From assembly GCA_903879715.1 (NCBI GenBank), contig CAIRMR010000189.1, positions 30,613 to 94,612 on the forward strand: 64,000 nucleotides of DNA. The letters run 5' to 3'. The position numbers were made by a program, and so were the translations under genes. Origin of the DNA: an uncultured Bacteroidales bacterium (lineage in GTDB: Bacteria; Bacteroidota; Bacteroidia; Bacteroidales; UBA4417). This document shows, one piece after another, positions 20,137 through 29,758 of this stretch (position 1 is its first letter; every line of letters starts with the position of its first letter). The notes beneath the pieces were generated by a model. That model had not been told where the DNA came from and made no database searches. It saw only the letters and a list, made by a program, of their open reading frames with translations.

Positions 20137-21021
20137 TTATTTTTTTGCAATAAAACCTAATAGTGTTAGCCAATCGCCAAACCCTTCGTACCATTTATCA
20201 ACCGGCAGGTTTTGCACTCTCATTCCAAATCCATGGCCGCCTTTCGAATACATATGAAGTTCGGCAACGTTTCCGGAAGCGATCCAGTTAATGTAAAGCG
20301 TTGCAATGCTGGGAGCAAATCCCAGTTGGTCGTCAGTAGCTGCGGCAATAAAAGCTGGTGGTGAATTTTTCGGAATATCAGCTATGTTCACCACCCCGGT
20401 ATAAGGATATATAGGCGCAATAAAATCGGGACGGCTTTCAGGTGTGCTGATCAGGGTAGCGCCTAAAGTCAGCGTGCCACCGGCTGAAAAACCCATCAGC
20501 CCGATTTTATGTTTATCCAGTCCGAATTCCTCAGCATGTTCCCGCACATATTTTATAGAAGTCAATCCATCCTGAAAAGCTAACGGAACCACAGGTGCAT
20601 TTATGGAATCTAATTTTTTAGAGTTGCCCATCAGCTTGAATACTTCTGCTCCAGGGTCATCCGTTTCGGACTTTACTACCCGGTATTTTAACACAAAAGC
20701 TGTAACACCTCTCGAATTCAGCCATTTGGCAACATCATATCCTTCGCTTCCGATTGATAAGGTGTGAAAAGCTCCTCCCGGACAAATAATAACGGCTGTT
20801 CCGTTAGCTATAGATTTGTCAGGTCGGAATATAGTCAAGGTCGGATCAGCAACATTGTAAACTATCTTAGACTTAAACATTTCATAGTATTTTTCCTGCT
20901 CATGCCAGGTCCAGTTTTCCGAACCGGGAGCTTTTCCTTTATAAAGACGAATGACTTCCTGCGAATATGCCTGTATGCAGAGGAAGCCAATTAGTAATGT
21001 GAGTGTTATTTCCTTTTTCAT
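20137..21021 (-). CDS. secreted alpha/beta-hydrolase esterase (acetyl/feruloyl-esterase-like)
   Basis: Signal peptide, ICPGGAFH oxyanion region, nucleophile motif GFSAGG, C-terminal GGHGF. Confidence 0.75.
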   Translation of the reverse strand: MKKEITLTLLIGFLCIQAYSQEVIRLYKGKAPGSENWTWHEQEKYYEMFKSKIVYNVADPTLTIFRPDKSIANGTAVIICPGGAFHTLSIGSEGYDVAKWLNSRGVTAFVLKYRVVKSETDDPGAEVFKLMGNSKKLDSINAPVVPLAFQDGLTSIKYVREHAEEFGLDKHKIGLMGFSAGGTLTLGATLISTPESRPDFIAPIYPYTGVVNIADIPKNSPPAFIAAATDDQLGFAPSIATLYINWIASGNVAELHMYSKGGHGFGMRVQNLPVDKWYEGFGDWLTLLGFIAKK

Positions 21022-21297
21022 TTATCTTCCCCTATTTTATTTTACAATTTATTTCATTTATCTTCATCTTGACTATATAATCCGGAATCAAATACACTTC
21101 AATATCCTGAGCTTTGCATGTATGAAACATCAAATGTTGCATGAACTTTATTTAGGCTTAATCTTCGATTCAATTGTCAATTTATTCGGATGGCAGTTTC
21201 TTAAGGAATTGGAAGTATTTGTTAAATATCAAACATTGTGTGAGTTAGGATAACAACTATAACACTTTTTTAAATCTCATAACTTCAGGAAACTATC

Positions 21298-21326
21298 AAT
21301 GAGAGGGGAAAAACTCCCCTCTCATT
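21298..21326 (-). terminator. perfect 12-bp stem / 5-nt loop hairpin downstream of the TBDR gene
   Basis: aatgagagggga-aaaac-tcccctctcatt, with every stem position paired. It lies 34 nt after the TBDR stop. The trailing U-run is weak. Confidence 0.5.
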
Positions 21327-21359
21327 ATAAAATGATAGTTTCAAAATTATTTTATCTGA

Positions 21360-24200
21360 TTAAAATCTGAAAGTTGCCGTCAGGTAGTACGACCTGGCAG
21401 GAATCATAACGGTAGAATATTTAGTGTCGTTTGCAACTGCCTCTTCATACATTTCCTTGGTAAAACCTTGCCTGTCAAGAGCCTGTAAGAAAGTACCCGG
21501 ACGGCTCCAGCTCATTACACCATAGGTATTGAAAATGTTGTTCATCACAAAGCTTAACTGGAATTTCTTTGTAAATTCATAACCTGTACTCAGATTGAAC
21601 TGGCTGAATGATGGCAGCAGGAAAGCATTGGCAACATTGGCCTGGCGTTTGCCCATAAATGCCCAGGTGATCTGCGCGTAGAATTTATCGCCATTGTAAG
21701 AAGGGGTAATGTTGATTATGCTTCTGGCCATGTTATCGGTTTCATTTCCTGAATAAGATGCAATTGAATCATCCTCTGGTCCAAATCCATTCATCAACCA
21801 GGTGTTAAAATCAGTGGCAATTCCTTTTTGCAGAGTTAGCACACCACGTATATTGAAATGCTTTGCCAGATTATAATCAGCCTCTATTTCCAATCCCATT
21901 GTTGTGTATTTGTTGTATAGTATAGGGAGACTGTATTGCGTCTGATCTTGGTTAGTTCCGGCTTGTATATTGGCTACATTGCTTAGCACACTGTAAAAAG
22001 GAGTAACAAAAAGGCCAAGTTTGTCACCTTTAAATTTTACTCCCAGTTCAAACTGATCCACTTTTTGAGCGATAGGATCTAAGGTTTCAACTAAGAAATC
22101 AGTGGTAGCGTTGAAGTATAAATCCAGATCAGGCGCCTTATTTCCTTCTGAGAAACGGCCATAGATTGCAAACTTTTCGCTAAATGTATAATTGGCGCCC
22201 GCTGAGAACGAGAACGTGGAAACCTTTTTATCATAATGGAATGTGTTTGGAGTAAGACCATATACGTTGTCAAATAGTGTATTTGGATCCTTATCCAAAC
22301 CGCCATCTGTAGAAGTGGCAGTTGTAGTAGGTGAGTTATTCCCTGTAGGATGCATATTTTCCCAACGTACTCCCCAGTCGAAGTTGAGGGCTTTGCTTAT
22401 CTGCCAGTTGTGGCCAAAGAAAAGAGCTAACTGGCTTTGAATTGCGTCATTAGGGGCAACCGCTCCTGTAATTGCCATAACACCACTACCATTGGTAGCA
22501 TGTTTTATTGCTCCGCTGGGATCTGTAATTGTTATTCCAACTATTTCAGGCTTGTCCTGGATAGTACCTACCATTGCTCCGCCACCTCCGAATGCCATTT
22601 TACGATTGATTACTGAATGACCATAAAAGCCGCCAAATGTAAAGCTCATATTATTGAGTTTCTTATTCAGGGAGAACTGCTCAAGAAATTCCTTTGCATG
22701 GTTTTCACTGTAGGCGAGAGGTTCGAAAAAGAGGGAATTCGGCATCACTTCACTGCCTGGTAGAGTACTGCTATTCACATGAAAATCAAAACCGCTGAAA
22801 GAAGTAACATTCAACAATTCCTTGCCTGAAGTAAGACCACGGAATGAATAAGTGCCGGGATTGCCAAGCATTCCCAGGATTGCATAGGAAACCAGGTCGG
22901 TCATATCAAGCGGATACACCACAGCCTGGGTATTCCACCTGGCACCTTTATCAGAATAACGCATTGCATTGGTAAAAGTCCAGTCCTTGCCAAAATGCTG
23001 TGTCCAGTTAAATCCCACCGTCTTGTCTATAGAGTGGATCAAGTCCCTATTGTTGTATGTTAAAGCATCTCCGGTTTGATTAACCGGGAAAGTCTGCTGT
23101 GTTGAAGGCGCAAGAACTGAGGAATAATTCGTGAATCCTTCAACAGGTACTGGATCGGTAAAACTTGCGGTTGGCGTAAATTCGAACCAACCGTTGCGAT
23201 CGTTCAGATACTTTGCGTAGAATTTTAAATTACCTGTTTTGTATTTCTTAACCACGTTGGCTTTAACCTGTGCCCCGTTGTTCATAGGATAACTACTTGT
23301 AGGGTGCTGCCCCTCATCATACCTGTAAAATCCACCGAAATCATAGTACCAGCCTTTACCTAAAGGGCCGCCTACATTGAAATCGGTACGGAAAAAATTA
23401 CTATGTCCGTTTGCTTGCAAACCATATTTGGTACTGACTTCGCCTGCTACCTGATCACCTCCTTCTTTCATGATATAGTTAAAGATGCCTCCGGGAGCAT
23501 TGGCGCCCAGGATGGATGCAGTACCGCCACGAACTGCCTCTAACCTGCCAACAGTAGCATCGGAACGAAGAAAATAATCGGGGCCATAATTATTGTAAGT
23601 TGCATTGGTAACCGGCAAGCCGTCTTCCTGCATGGATACATAATAATATCCGGAAGCTCCATCATTCGATCCAACGGATACGCCTCGTGAATACACCGTG
23701 TTACGGATTTCACCTAAAGATGAGTTTACATACACACCAGGAACATTTTTCAAAAGATCCGCGGCGCTGTTTGAGGCTAAGCGTTCCAGTTTCTTGGTGT
23801 TAATAGCTGTAATAGCTACTGACGATTCCATTCGGGTCCGTTTGTCGAATACTCCGGTTACCACATATTGGTCAAGCGTAACCGCGTTCTCAAGTAAAGT
23901 AATGCTCAAACCTGTTAACTGAGGTACACTTACTTTCACCTCCTGGGGATCATAACCAACAAAAGAAACCTGAAGCACATAAGAGCCATTGGCTACTTTA
24001 TCGATAGTGAATTCACCGTCTATATTGGTGACCGTACCTGTTGTGGTTCCTTTAATCAATACTGTTGCACCCGGAAGTGAGGCATCATTAGCTCCGAAGA
24101 TTTTACCTGAAATTGTTGCATTCTGGGCAAAAAGAGATAAACTAAAAACCGTCAGCAAGATTGCTAAACAGGTTCGAATTTGCGGTAATTTGTTTTTCAT
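21360..24200 (-). CDS. TonB-dependent outer-membrane receptor with CarboxypepD_reg N-terminal domain (no adjacent SusD)
   Basis: The track ORF begins at a TTG (24263). The likely true start is the ATG at 24200 (MKNKLPQIRTCLAILL..signal). It has a Carboxypeptidase-regulatory-like domain (ISGKIF..GATVLIKGT..DGEF), a plug and a barrel, and a C-terminal ...TATFRF with terminal Phe. Confidence 0.9.
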   Translation of the reverse strand: MKNKLPQIRTCLAILLTVFSLSLFAQNATISGKIFGANDASLPGATVLIKGTTTGTVTNIDGEFTIDKVANGSYVLQVSFVGYDPQEVKVSVPQLTGLSITLLENAVTLDQYVVTGVFDKRTRMESSVAITAINTKKLERLASNSAADLLKNVPGVYVNSSLGEIRNTVYSRGVSVGSNDGASGYYYVSMQEDGLPVTNATYNNYGPDYFLRSDATVGRLEAVRGGTASILGANAPGGIFNYIMKEGGDQVAGEVSTKYGLQANGHSNFFRTDFNVGGPLGKGWYYDFGGFYRYDEGQHPTSSYPMNNGAQVKANVVKKYKTGNLKFYAKYLNDRNGWFEFTPTASFTDPVPVEGFTNYSSVLAPSTQQTFPVNQTGDALTYNNRDLIHSIDKTVGFNWTQHFGKDWTFTNAMRYSDKGARWNTQAVVYPLDMTDLVSYAILGMLGNPGTYSFRGLTSGKELLNVTSFSGFDFHVNSSTLPGSEVMPNSLFFEPLAYSENHAKEFLEQFSLNKKLNNMSFTFGGFYGHSVINRKMAFGGGGAMVGTIQDKPEIVGITITDPSGAIKHATNGSGVMAITGAVAPNDAIQSQLALFFGHNWQISKALNFDWGVRWENMHPTGNNSPTTTATSTDGGLDKDPNTLFDNVYGLTPNTFHYDKKVSTFSFSAGANYTFSEKFAIYGRFSEGNKAPDLDLYFNATTDFLVETLDPIAQKVDQFELGVKFKGDKLGLFVTPFYSVLSNVANIQAGTNQDQTQYSLPILYNKYTTMGLEIEADYNLAKHFNIRGVLTLQKGIATDFNTWLMNGFGPEDDSIASYSGNETDNMARSIINITPSYNGDKFYAQITWAFMGKRQANVANAFLLPSFSQFNLSTGYEFTKKFQLSFVMNNIFNTYGVMSWSRPGTFLQALDRQGFTKEMYEEAVANDTKYSTVMIPARSYYLTATFRF

Positions 24201-24268
24201 CTGTTTGATTGGGGTTAAGGTTTGTAACATTGGTTTAATATTACAAATATCACATCCAAACAACCAGA

Positions 24269-24360
24269 TTTGTTAATCCAAAACAAATCAATACTATTCA
24301 CAATCAGTACAATTTTGAATATTCTTTGAGTGAGATACACTTTTGGCTTTTAAATAGTAA
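24269..24360 (-). pseudogene. decayed 3' remnant of an AraC paralog plus its 3' flank
   Basis: The minus strand reads ..LLFKSQKCISLKEYSKLY* (stop at 24304-24306), compared with ..RFFKSQTGYTPKEFLELY* in the 27154 gene. The 3' flank ttgttaatccaaaacaaatcaatact (24269-24295) matches 27120-27145. Upstream of this the homology dissolves and stop codons appear. Confidence 0.45.
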
Positions 24361-24635
24361 GGAAACTCTGCTTTTACATTTGGATACGAAATGCAGCAAA
24401 AGTCAGTCATTCAGGGAAAATTGTGTATCCGGATCGTATTTCCTCTCTAAAATCAGGCTTATTTCGATTATTCCCGAAACGGAATTCAAAATATAGCAAC
24501 TAAAACTTCTATTAGGGCCGTTTGATACAATATTCAATAAGCGGGCATGTTCAGATATGGATTTTTCTTTATATATAAATTTTTATGCCATTGTTGTCTC
24601 GTAAATTTGCAAAAACCAAATGCACAGATTTTTAT

Positions 24636-26915
24636 CTATAAGCTGAAAGTATAAACGTATTTCAATATTATATTCTGATTATTAAATGCCGGTAAACGAG
24701 GATCCTCTATATCCCTGTATGTGTTTCTTCCTTCATTGATAACTATATAGAAATCATTTCCTTCGCGTGGATTATACCTGAATCTGAAGTTTGTCATCAC
24801 CATGTTTTCTGTAGTATTATACTGAATAAATGTACTGATTGAAGTTTTGGTGGTGAACATAACCAGTGCTTTAAAACCGGCAATACCGCCGCTGAAGGAT
24901 TGGTTCCTGCTACTAAACTTCAGGAAGTTTTGTTCATACTGTAAACCCAGTTGCAAACTTGATCCAATATTCAATGAAGGTTTAATTTTAAACGAAAACC
25001 GGTTGCCGTCGTAAAAAGTACCGGCAAACAAATCAACTCCCATAACAAATTTGTTCGACATGGGTGAGTTAAGGTGAGTTTCAACCTGGTTAAATGAATA
25101 TTTCCCTGTTGGCACTTCACAATCTTTTGAAAAACTAAACGTATCTATAACATTTTCAAAAATATTCTTTAAAATAAATACTCCGCCAAATCCAGATTTA
25201 AAATCCAGATTATACGAAAGTTCAGTTTCAACAGATTGTGCCGAATTGCTAATGTTATCCGTATATGCCATTGAACTGAAACGGATTCCATGGTTCATAA
25301 TGCCTGATTCTTCACCCGGAATCCAGCCGTAACCAAATCCGGCATAATAAAGTGTGTAGTTATTGCGTGCCTGGAATCCGACTTTCGGATCAAAATCCTT
25401 ACCGCTCCTGGTCCAATTGAAATTATAATTCACTCCCTTCTGGGTGTACCTGTCCCAGCTTATATATAACTTGGACGGATCGAGGGAAACCATATTATTT
25501 TCAAAATGATTATCTATCACCTGCGAAAGTTTAACATTTAAGTAATCATTTTCAGCAACTTTAAATATCCCGTCTATTCCATACGCTGTATTGTATGAGC
25601 CATCTGTCCCGATTCTTGTTGTTACAATCCCGCCTACATAACTGCTTTCATTAATTACCTGCCGTCTCAGCCTTAACAATCCGAAATTTTCAGATGCCAG
25701 TTTCCCCACAGAAGTATCTGCCACATCAAATGACTGTGTCTGCAGATCAAGCATACCAATATCCCATTTGCCCGCCATGCCAGTTATTTTTGCTCCGGCT
25801 AAAATCGGGACTCTTTCGCCTCCGTTCAGGCCTATCTGACGGCTATAGAAAAGGCTGCTCCCGGGCTCAAAGTCAAATTTTAATGAACTGGAACGCTCCT
25901 GGAAAAAAGTTCTTTTTTCAGGGAAAAACAATGAAAACCGGGTAAGATTAATCTGTTCATCATCCGCTTCAACCTGTGCAAAATCTGTATTAATAGTCAG
26001 ATCCAAAGTTAAATTATTGGTGAGCCCGTATTTCAGATCAAGTCCTGCATTCAGTTTTGGCGTATTTACTGTTTCGTAAGCGGTTCCGGTTTCGTCCTTT
26101 ATGCTATTGCGTTGATATCCGCTAAATACATATGGAGCAATGTAAAATGGTTTACTGGATTTAATTCCTTCGAATATCACTTCCTGAGATTTCGAAGGCC
26201 GGAAAACACTCGACATACCCCAGTCGGGCGGAATGGCAGGAAAAACATCCACTTCGTTTTTGTGAGCGAGCATCCGGACACAAGTCAGTCCCATCACTAT
26301 AAGCCCATCATTTTCCTTAAAACGCATACTCGAAACCGGGATGCGGAATTCGGCAAACCACCCCTGATCATTTCTTGTGGTTTTTACATCCCAGAAAGTA
26401 TTCCAGCTTGTACTCAATGGATTTTCCCCAAAAGGGATATCCATTCCTATTGCATCCTTGGAAATGGTAAAGTCTGTTCTTAAACCTGTAGGAGTAGTTA
26501 TAAATCCAAGTCCGTTTTCTTTGTCGTTAAACGAATCAAAAATCAGCATCAGGCTCTCACTCAATACGTCCATCTCATCTCTTTTTTTTGATGAAACCAG
26601 CATGTCCGAAGGATTTGAATCAAATAACCTGGCACCGACATATACGTAAGTATTATCGTAGCATATCATTACCTCGCTTTTTTCGGTAGGCTGATTTCCA
26701 AAAGTAGGGGTATGCATGATCATTTCGAGCGGCTTTAACGATTGCCAGCAGGCATCATCCACAACACCATCGAAACTAAATTCACCTTGTATTTTTGGTA
26801 TAACGTAGCTGTTCTGATTATATGCAGAATAAGCGCAAAGCGTAAATATTGCAATCATTACAATCTTAAGAAGGAATGTCCTTGACGGAAACAGATTCAA
26901 AATTGATTTCTTCAT
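24636..26915 (-). CDS. CBM9-like/DOMON plus DUF5916-type outer-membrane barrel protein
   Basis: 759 aa with a signal peptide. The N-terminal segment IPKIQGEFSFDGVVDDACWQSLKPLEM..VYVGARLFD is typical of CBM9_like_3. The remainder has beta-strand-rich alternating patterns and ends ...YVYTFSL. Confidence 0.6.
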   Translation of the reverse strand: MKKSILNLFPSRTFLLKIVMIAIFTLCAYSAYNQNSYVIPKIQGEFSFDGVVDDACWQSLKPLEMIMHTPTFGNQPTEKSEVMICYDNTYVYVGARLFDSNPSDMLVSSKKRDEMDVLSESLMLIFDSFNDKENGLGFITTPTGLRTDFTISKDAIGMDIPFGENPLSTSWNTFWDVKTTRNDQGWFAEFRIPVSSMRFKENDGLIVMGLTCVRMLAHKNEVDVFPAIPPDWGMSSVFRPSKSQEVIFEGIKSSKPFYIAPYVFSGYQRNSIKDETGTAYETVNTPKLNAGLDLKYGLTNNLTLDLTINTDFAQVEADDEQINLTRFSLFFPEKRTFFQERSSSLKFDFEPGSSLFYSRQIGLNGGERVPILAGAKITGMAGKWDIGMLDLQTQSFDVADTSVGKLASENFGLLRLRRQVINESSYVGGIVTTRIGTDGSYNTAYGIDGIFKVAENDYLNVKLSQVIDNHFENNMVSLDPSKLYISWDRYTQKGVNYNFNWTRSGKDFDPKVGFQARNNYTLYYAGFGYGWIPGEESGIMNHGIRFSSMAYTDNISNSAQSVETELSYNLDFKSGFGGVFILKNIFENVIDTFSFSKDCEVPTGKYSFNQVETHLNSPMSNKFVMGVDLFAGTFYDGNRFSFKIKPSLNIGSSLQLGLQYEQNFLKFSSRNQSFSGGIAGFKALVMFTTKTSISTFIQYNTTENMVMTNFRFRYNPREGNDFYIVINEGRNTYRDIEDPRLPAFNNQNIILKYVYTFSL

Positions 26916-27153
26916 TCAGTATTCATGAAAGCTATATGCGTTAGCATTGAATAAAATAGTCCACCGTTTATGAACTCAATCCGGTAATCCGAATTAACAG
27001 AAACTGAGTACAACTTAAACGAAAGTAACGGGAACCGTGGTGTTCAGCATCTTCAACTTAGCCAGGCCATTTGAACCCATATTAATGAGGATACAAATGT
27101 CTGAACCGATTGAACAGCTTTGTTAATCAAAAACAAATCAATACTGCTCTATA

Positions 27154-28053
27154 TCAGTACAATTCCAGGAATTCTTTGGGTGTATACCCGGTCTGGCTCT
27201 TAAAAAAACGGGAAAAATTGCTAGGGCTTTGGTTTCGCAATTTAATAGCAACCTCGGCAATCTGCATATTCGAATATTTTAAAAGTGTTTTTGCCTCCAG
27301 GATAAACATTTCATTGAGTAGTTCCTGGGCAGTCATATTTATACTGCTGATTACACATTTATTTAAATAGTTTGATGAGATATTTAATAGGTGAGCATAT
27401 TCGGTAATGGTTTGTTTTTCGTAGATAAATTTTACCAGTGCATTTTTGTATTGTTCCGTTATTTGAAAAGAAGCATTTTTTGCCTTTACCGGTTGTGTGG
27501 TCAGGTCCTTCTTTACTTCTTCAAAAAGCGTTAAGAGATAAGTGGCAAAAAAGTTTTTCTCTATTCCTTCGTTTTCATAAACCATAAACAACCTCTCCTG
27601 TATTGCTTCAATGTTTTTCCTTGCAGAATCGGAAATAGAAATTACAGGATTTGCCTGGAACTGAAAAAACGGGTAATTTTCACCCAGAAAGTTCTTCGGT
27701 AGGAAATGAAATAATGTTTCATCAAAATGACAAAAAAAGCCTTCTGTATCGCTGCTCATTATTTCATATTCAGTAATCTGGTAGGCAGGAAGAAAAAACA
27801 TCGAAGATTCACCAAACTCATAATGTGTCAGTCCTTTACTCCTTTTATTAGATCCTTTTTTAATATACAAAAAATCAAAAAGTGGTTTGCGGTGCGGGGG
27901 CAAGGGTGATTTCAATATATAGTTTTCTAATCGGTTAATATGGAAATATTCAAGCTTGATATTGGAAGTGAATTTTTCCCAATCCAGTGATTTTGAATAA
28001 AAACTTGTGAATTCGGAAAATTTCAGGAGTGGAACTTTTTCTTTCTTTTCCAT
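27154..28053 (-). CDS. AraC-family transcriptional regulator (paralog A)
   Basis: The C-terminal double HTH reads YAHLLNISSNYLNKCV ... IAEVAIKLRNQSPSNFSRFFKSQTGYTPKEF. Roughly 70-90% aa identity (by eye) to 28285..29193. Confidence 0.9.
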   Translation of the reverse strand: MEKKEKVPLLKFSEFTSFYSKSLDWEKFTSNIKLEYFHINRLENYILKSPLPPHRKPLFDFLYIKKGSNKRSKGLTHYEFGESSMFFLPAYQITEYEIMSSDTEGFFCHFDETLFHFLPKNFLGENYPFFQFQANPVISISDSARKNIEAIQERLFMVYENEGIEKNFFATYLLTLFEEVKKDLTTQPVKAKNASFQITEQYKNALVKFIYEKQTITEYAHLLNISSNYLNKCVISSINMTAQELLNEMFILEAKTLLKYSNMQIAEVAIKLRNQSPSNFSRFFKSQTGYTPKEFLELY

Positions 28054-28221
28054 TCTTTAACAAATGTTTTTGAGTAGTACCAGTATGAAAAAATGGAATA
28101 ATGTGGAATGGAATAATTCCATTCAAAAATGTAAACTTAATATGTAATAATATGAATTGACCGTTTACGAAAATGATCAGGATTTTAAAACCGTTTGTTG
28201 TTTAAAGCCAGATGTTATTCA

Positions 28222-28229
28222 CAAAACTA
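28222..28229 (-). promoter_or_regulatory. candidate Bacteroidota -7 box TAGTTTTG inside a duplicated ~24-nt box
   Basis: Plus-strand caaaacta lies within cacaaaactacaaaatgttt, 169 nt upstream of the 28053 start. The same box sits 172 nt upstream of the 29193 start. Confidence 0.35.
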
Positions 28230-28284
28230 CAAAATGTTTTAGTGTTCCTGTGAAAATTTTAAAACTAACCTGAATCGTTCAATG

Positions 28285-29193
28285 TCAATACATCTCAAGG
28301 TATTCTTTGGGAGTAATACCTGTCTGGCTTTTGAAAAAGCGGCAAAAATTACTTGGAGATTGGTTGCGTAATTTAACTGCCACCTCTGCAATTTGCATAT
28401 CTGTATATTTTAAAAGTGTTTTTGCCTCAAGGATAAGCATTTCATTAAGTAGATCCTGGGCAGTTTTATTAATGCTGCTGATTACACATTTATTCAGATA
28501 GTTTGATGAAATATTCAATAAGTGGGCATATTCAGCAATGGTTTGTTTTTCATAAATATGTTTTACCAGGGCATTTTTATAAGACTCTGTTATCTGAAAA
28601 GAAGCAGTTTTTGCCTTTTTGGGTTGAGTTGGCAATTCATTCCTCACCTCTTCAAAAAGCGCTAAAAGATAAGACGCAATAAGTTTTTTCTGCATTTCTT
28701 CACCTTCTTCGTAAATTGACAACAGTCTCTCAAAGATGGCCTCCACATTCTCGGAAGCAAAATTGGTAAGATGAATTACAGGATTTGATTCAAATTTGAA
28801 AAATGCATAATTATCACCCAGGTAGTTCTTAGGCAGAAACTCAAATAGCTTTTCATCAAAATGGCAAAAAAATCCAATAGTATCGCTACTCATCATTTCA
28901 TGCTGGGAAATCTGGAAAGCCGGTAAAAAAAACATGGAGGATTTCCCAAACTCATACATGGTAAGCCCTTTAATCCTCTTTGAATACCCGGTCTTTATAT
29001 ATATGATATCAAAGAGAGGCTTGCGATGCGGTGGTAATGGGAAGCTCATTTTTCCTACAACCGTTTCTAAACGGTTAATATGAAACAGAGGATGTTTGTT
29101 AACGGAAATAATAGTTTGCAAATCAAACGTACTTGAATGGAATCCTAACATTTCTGAAGGTTGCAGGACTGGTATTTTTTCTTGCTTTTCCAT
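28285..29193 (-). CDS. AraC-family transcriptional regulator (paralog B)
   Basis: Same architecture as paralog A. HTH: YAHLLNISSNYLNKCV ... IAEVAVKLRNQSPSNFCRFFKSQTGITPKEY. Confidence 0.9.
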   Translation of the reverse strand: MEKQEKIPVLQPSEMLGFHSSTFDLQTIISVNKHPLFHINRLETVVGKMSFPLPPHRKPLFDIIYIKTGYSKRIKGLTMYEFGKSSMFFLPAFQISQHEMMSSDTIGFFCHFDEKLFEFLPKNYLGDNYAFFKFESNPVIHLTNFASENVEAIFERLLSIYEEGEEMQKKLIASYLLALFEEVRNELPTQPKKAKTASFQITESYKNALVKHIYEKQTIAEYAHLLNISSNYLNKCVISSINKTAQDLLNEMLILEAKTLLKYTDMQIAEVAVKLRNQSPSNFCRFFKSQTGITPKEYLEMY

Positions 29194-29364
29194 TCGTTAA
29201 CAAATACTGTTAGTGATGTTGTAATAGGAATACTTTTATTTTTCTGGTCACCTGGGCTCACATCTTAATTAAGAGTAAGCATCCGTAAATTGAAATGCGG
29301 GAAAAGCGGATAAAATTAAAATCGGATTTAGACCGGAATGTCGAATTTTATCATGACCAATACA

Positions 29365-29372
29365 CAAAACTA
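29365..29372 (-). promoter_or_regulatory. candidate -7 box TAGTTTTG (duplicate of 28222..28229)
   Basis: cacaaaactacaaaatgttt is conserved with the copy upstream of paralog A, at nearly the same distance from the ATG. Confidence 0.35.
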
Positions 29373-29758
29373 CAAAATGTTTCTGTACTTTCAAGGTACT
29401 TTGAATTTTTTATGTCTTCAAAGAATATAAGGCGGGAAACTGGCGTGATGGTTATAGAGATTTTGAGATTGCCTTACTCAAAATATTTTCGAACCTTTTT
29501 AAGGTAACATGTTTACAATAACATTGAAAAGTCCTGTATTTCAGTATCTTTGCAGTGATTTCTGCAATGAAATAAATAGAAAAAACAATTTATTTTCAAG
29601 AGACTTTTACAAGTTTTCTCAACAGATTTATATTCCTGAATGTGTACAGGTTTACAAGTAAAGACTGTTAATAAAGTGTTTGTTAAAACACTATTTCCAC
29701 TCATATTTATTTCGTTTAATGGAAGACAGTAGACATATGAACAGTAAAAAAATCACCT

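Noticed and set aside
20951-21253. 100-aa plus-strand ORF in the TBDR/esterase spacer.
   Set aside because: The sequence is dominated by Phe, Ile, Leu and Tyr from AT-rich DNA. It overlaps the 5' end of the esterase gene and has neither motifs nor a plausible promoter.
21342-21349. CAAAATTA (minus-strand TAATTTTG) -7-like box between the TBDR stop and the hairpin.
   Set aside because: It lies upstream of the strong hairpin and 320 nt from the next start codon, so a promoter here would transcribe straight into a terminator-like structure. It is probably a chance match in AT-rich DNA.
29194-29758. 565-nt divergent spacer containing ORFs 29295..29507 (+) and 29513..29704 (-), and a 7-bp-stem palindrome AGTGTTTgttaAAACACT at 29675-29692.
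   Set aside because: The small ORFs have no motifs and are AT-rich and low in complexity. The palindrome is short and occurs only once in the window, so calling it an operator or terminator would be guesswork.
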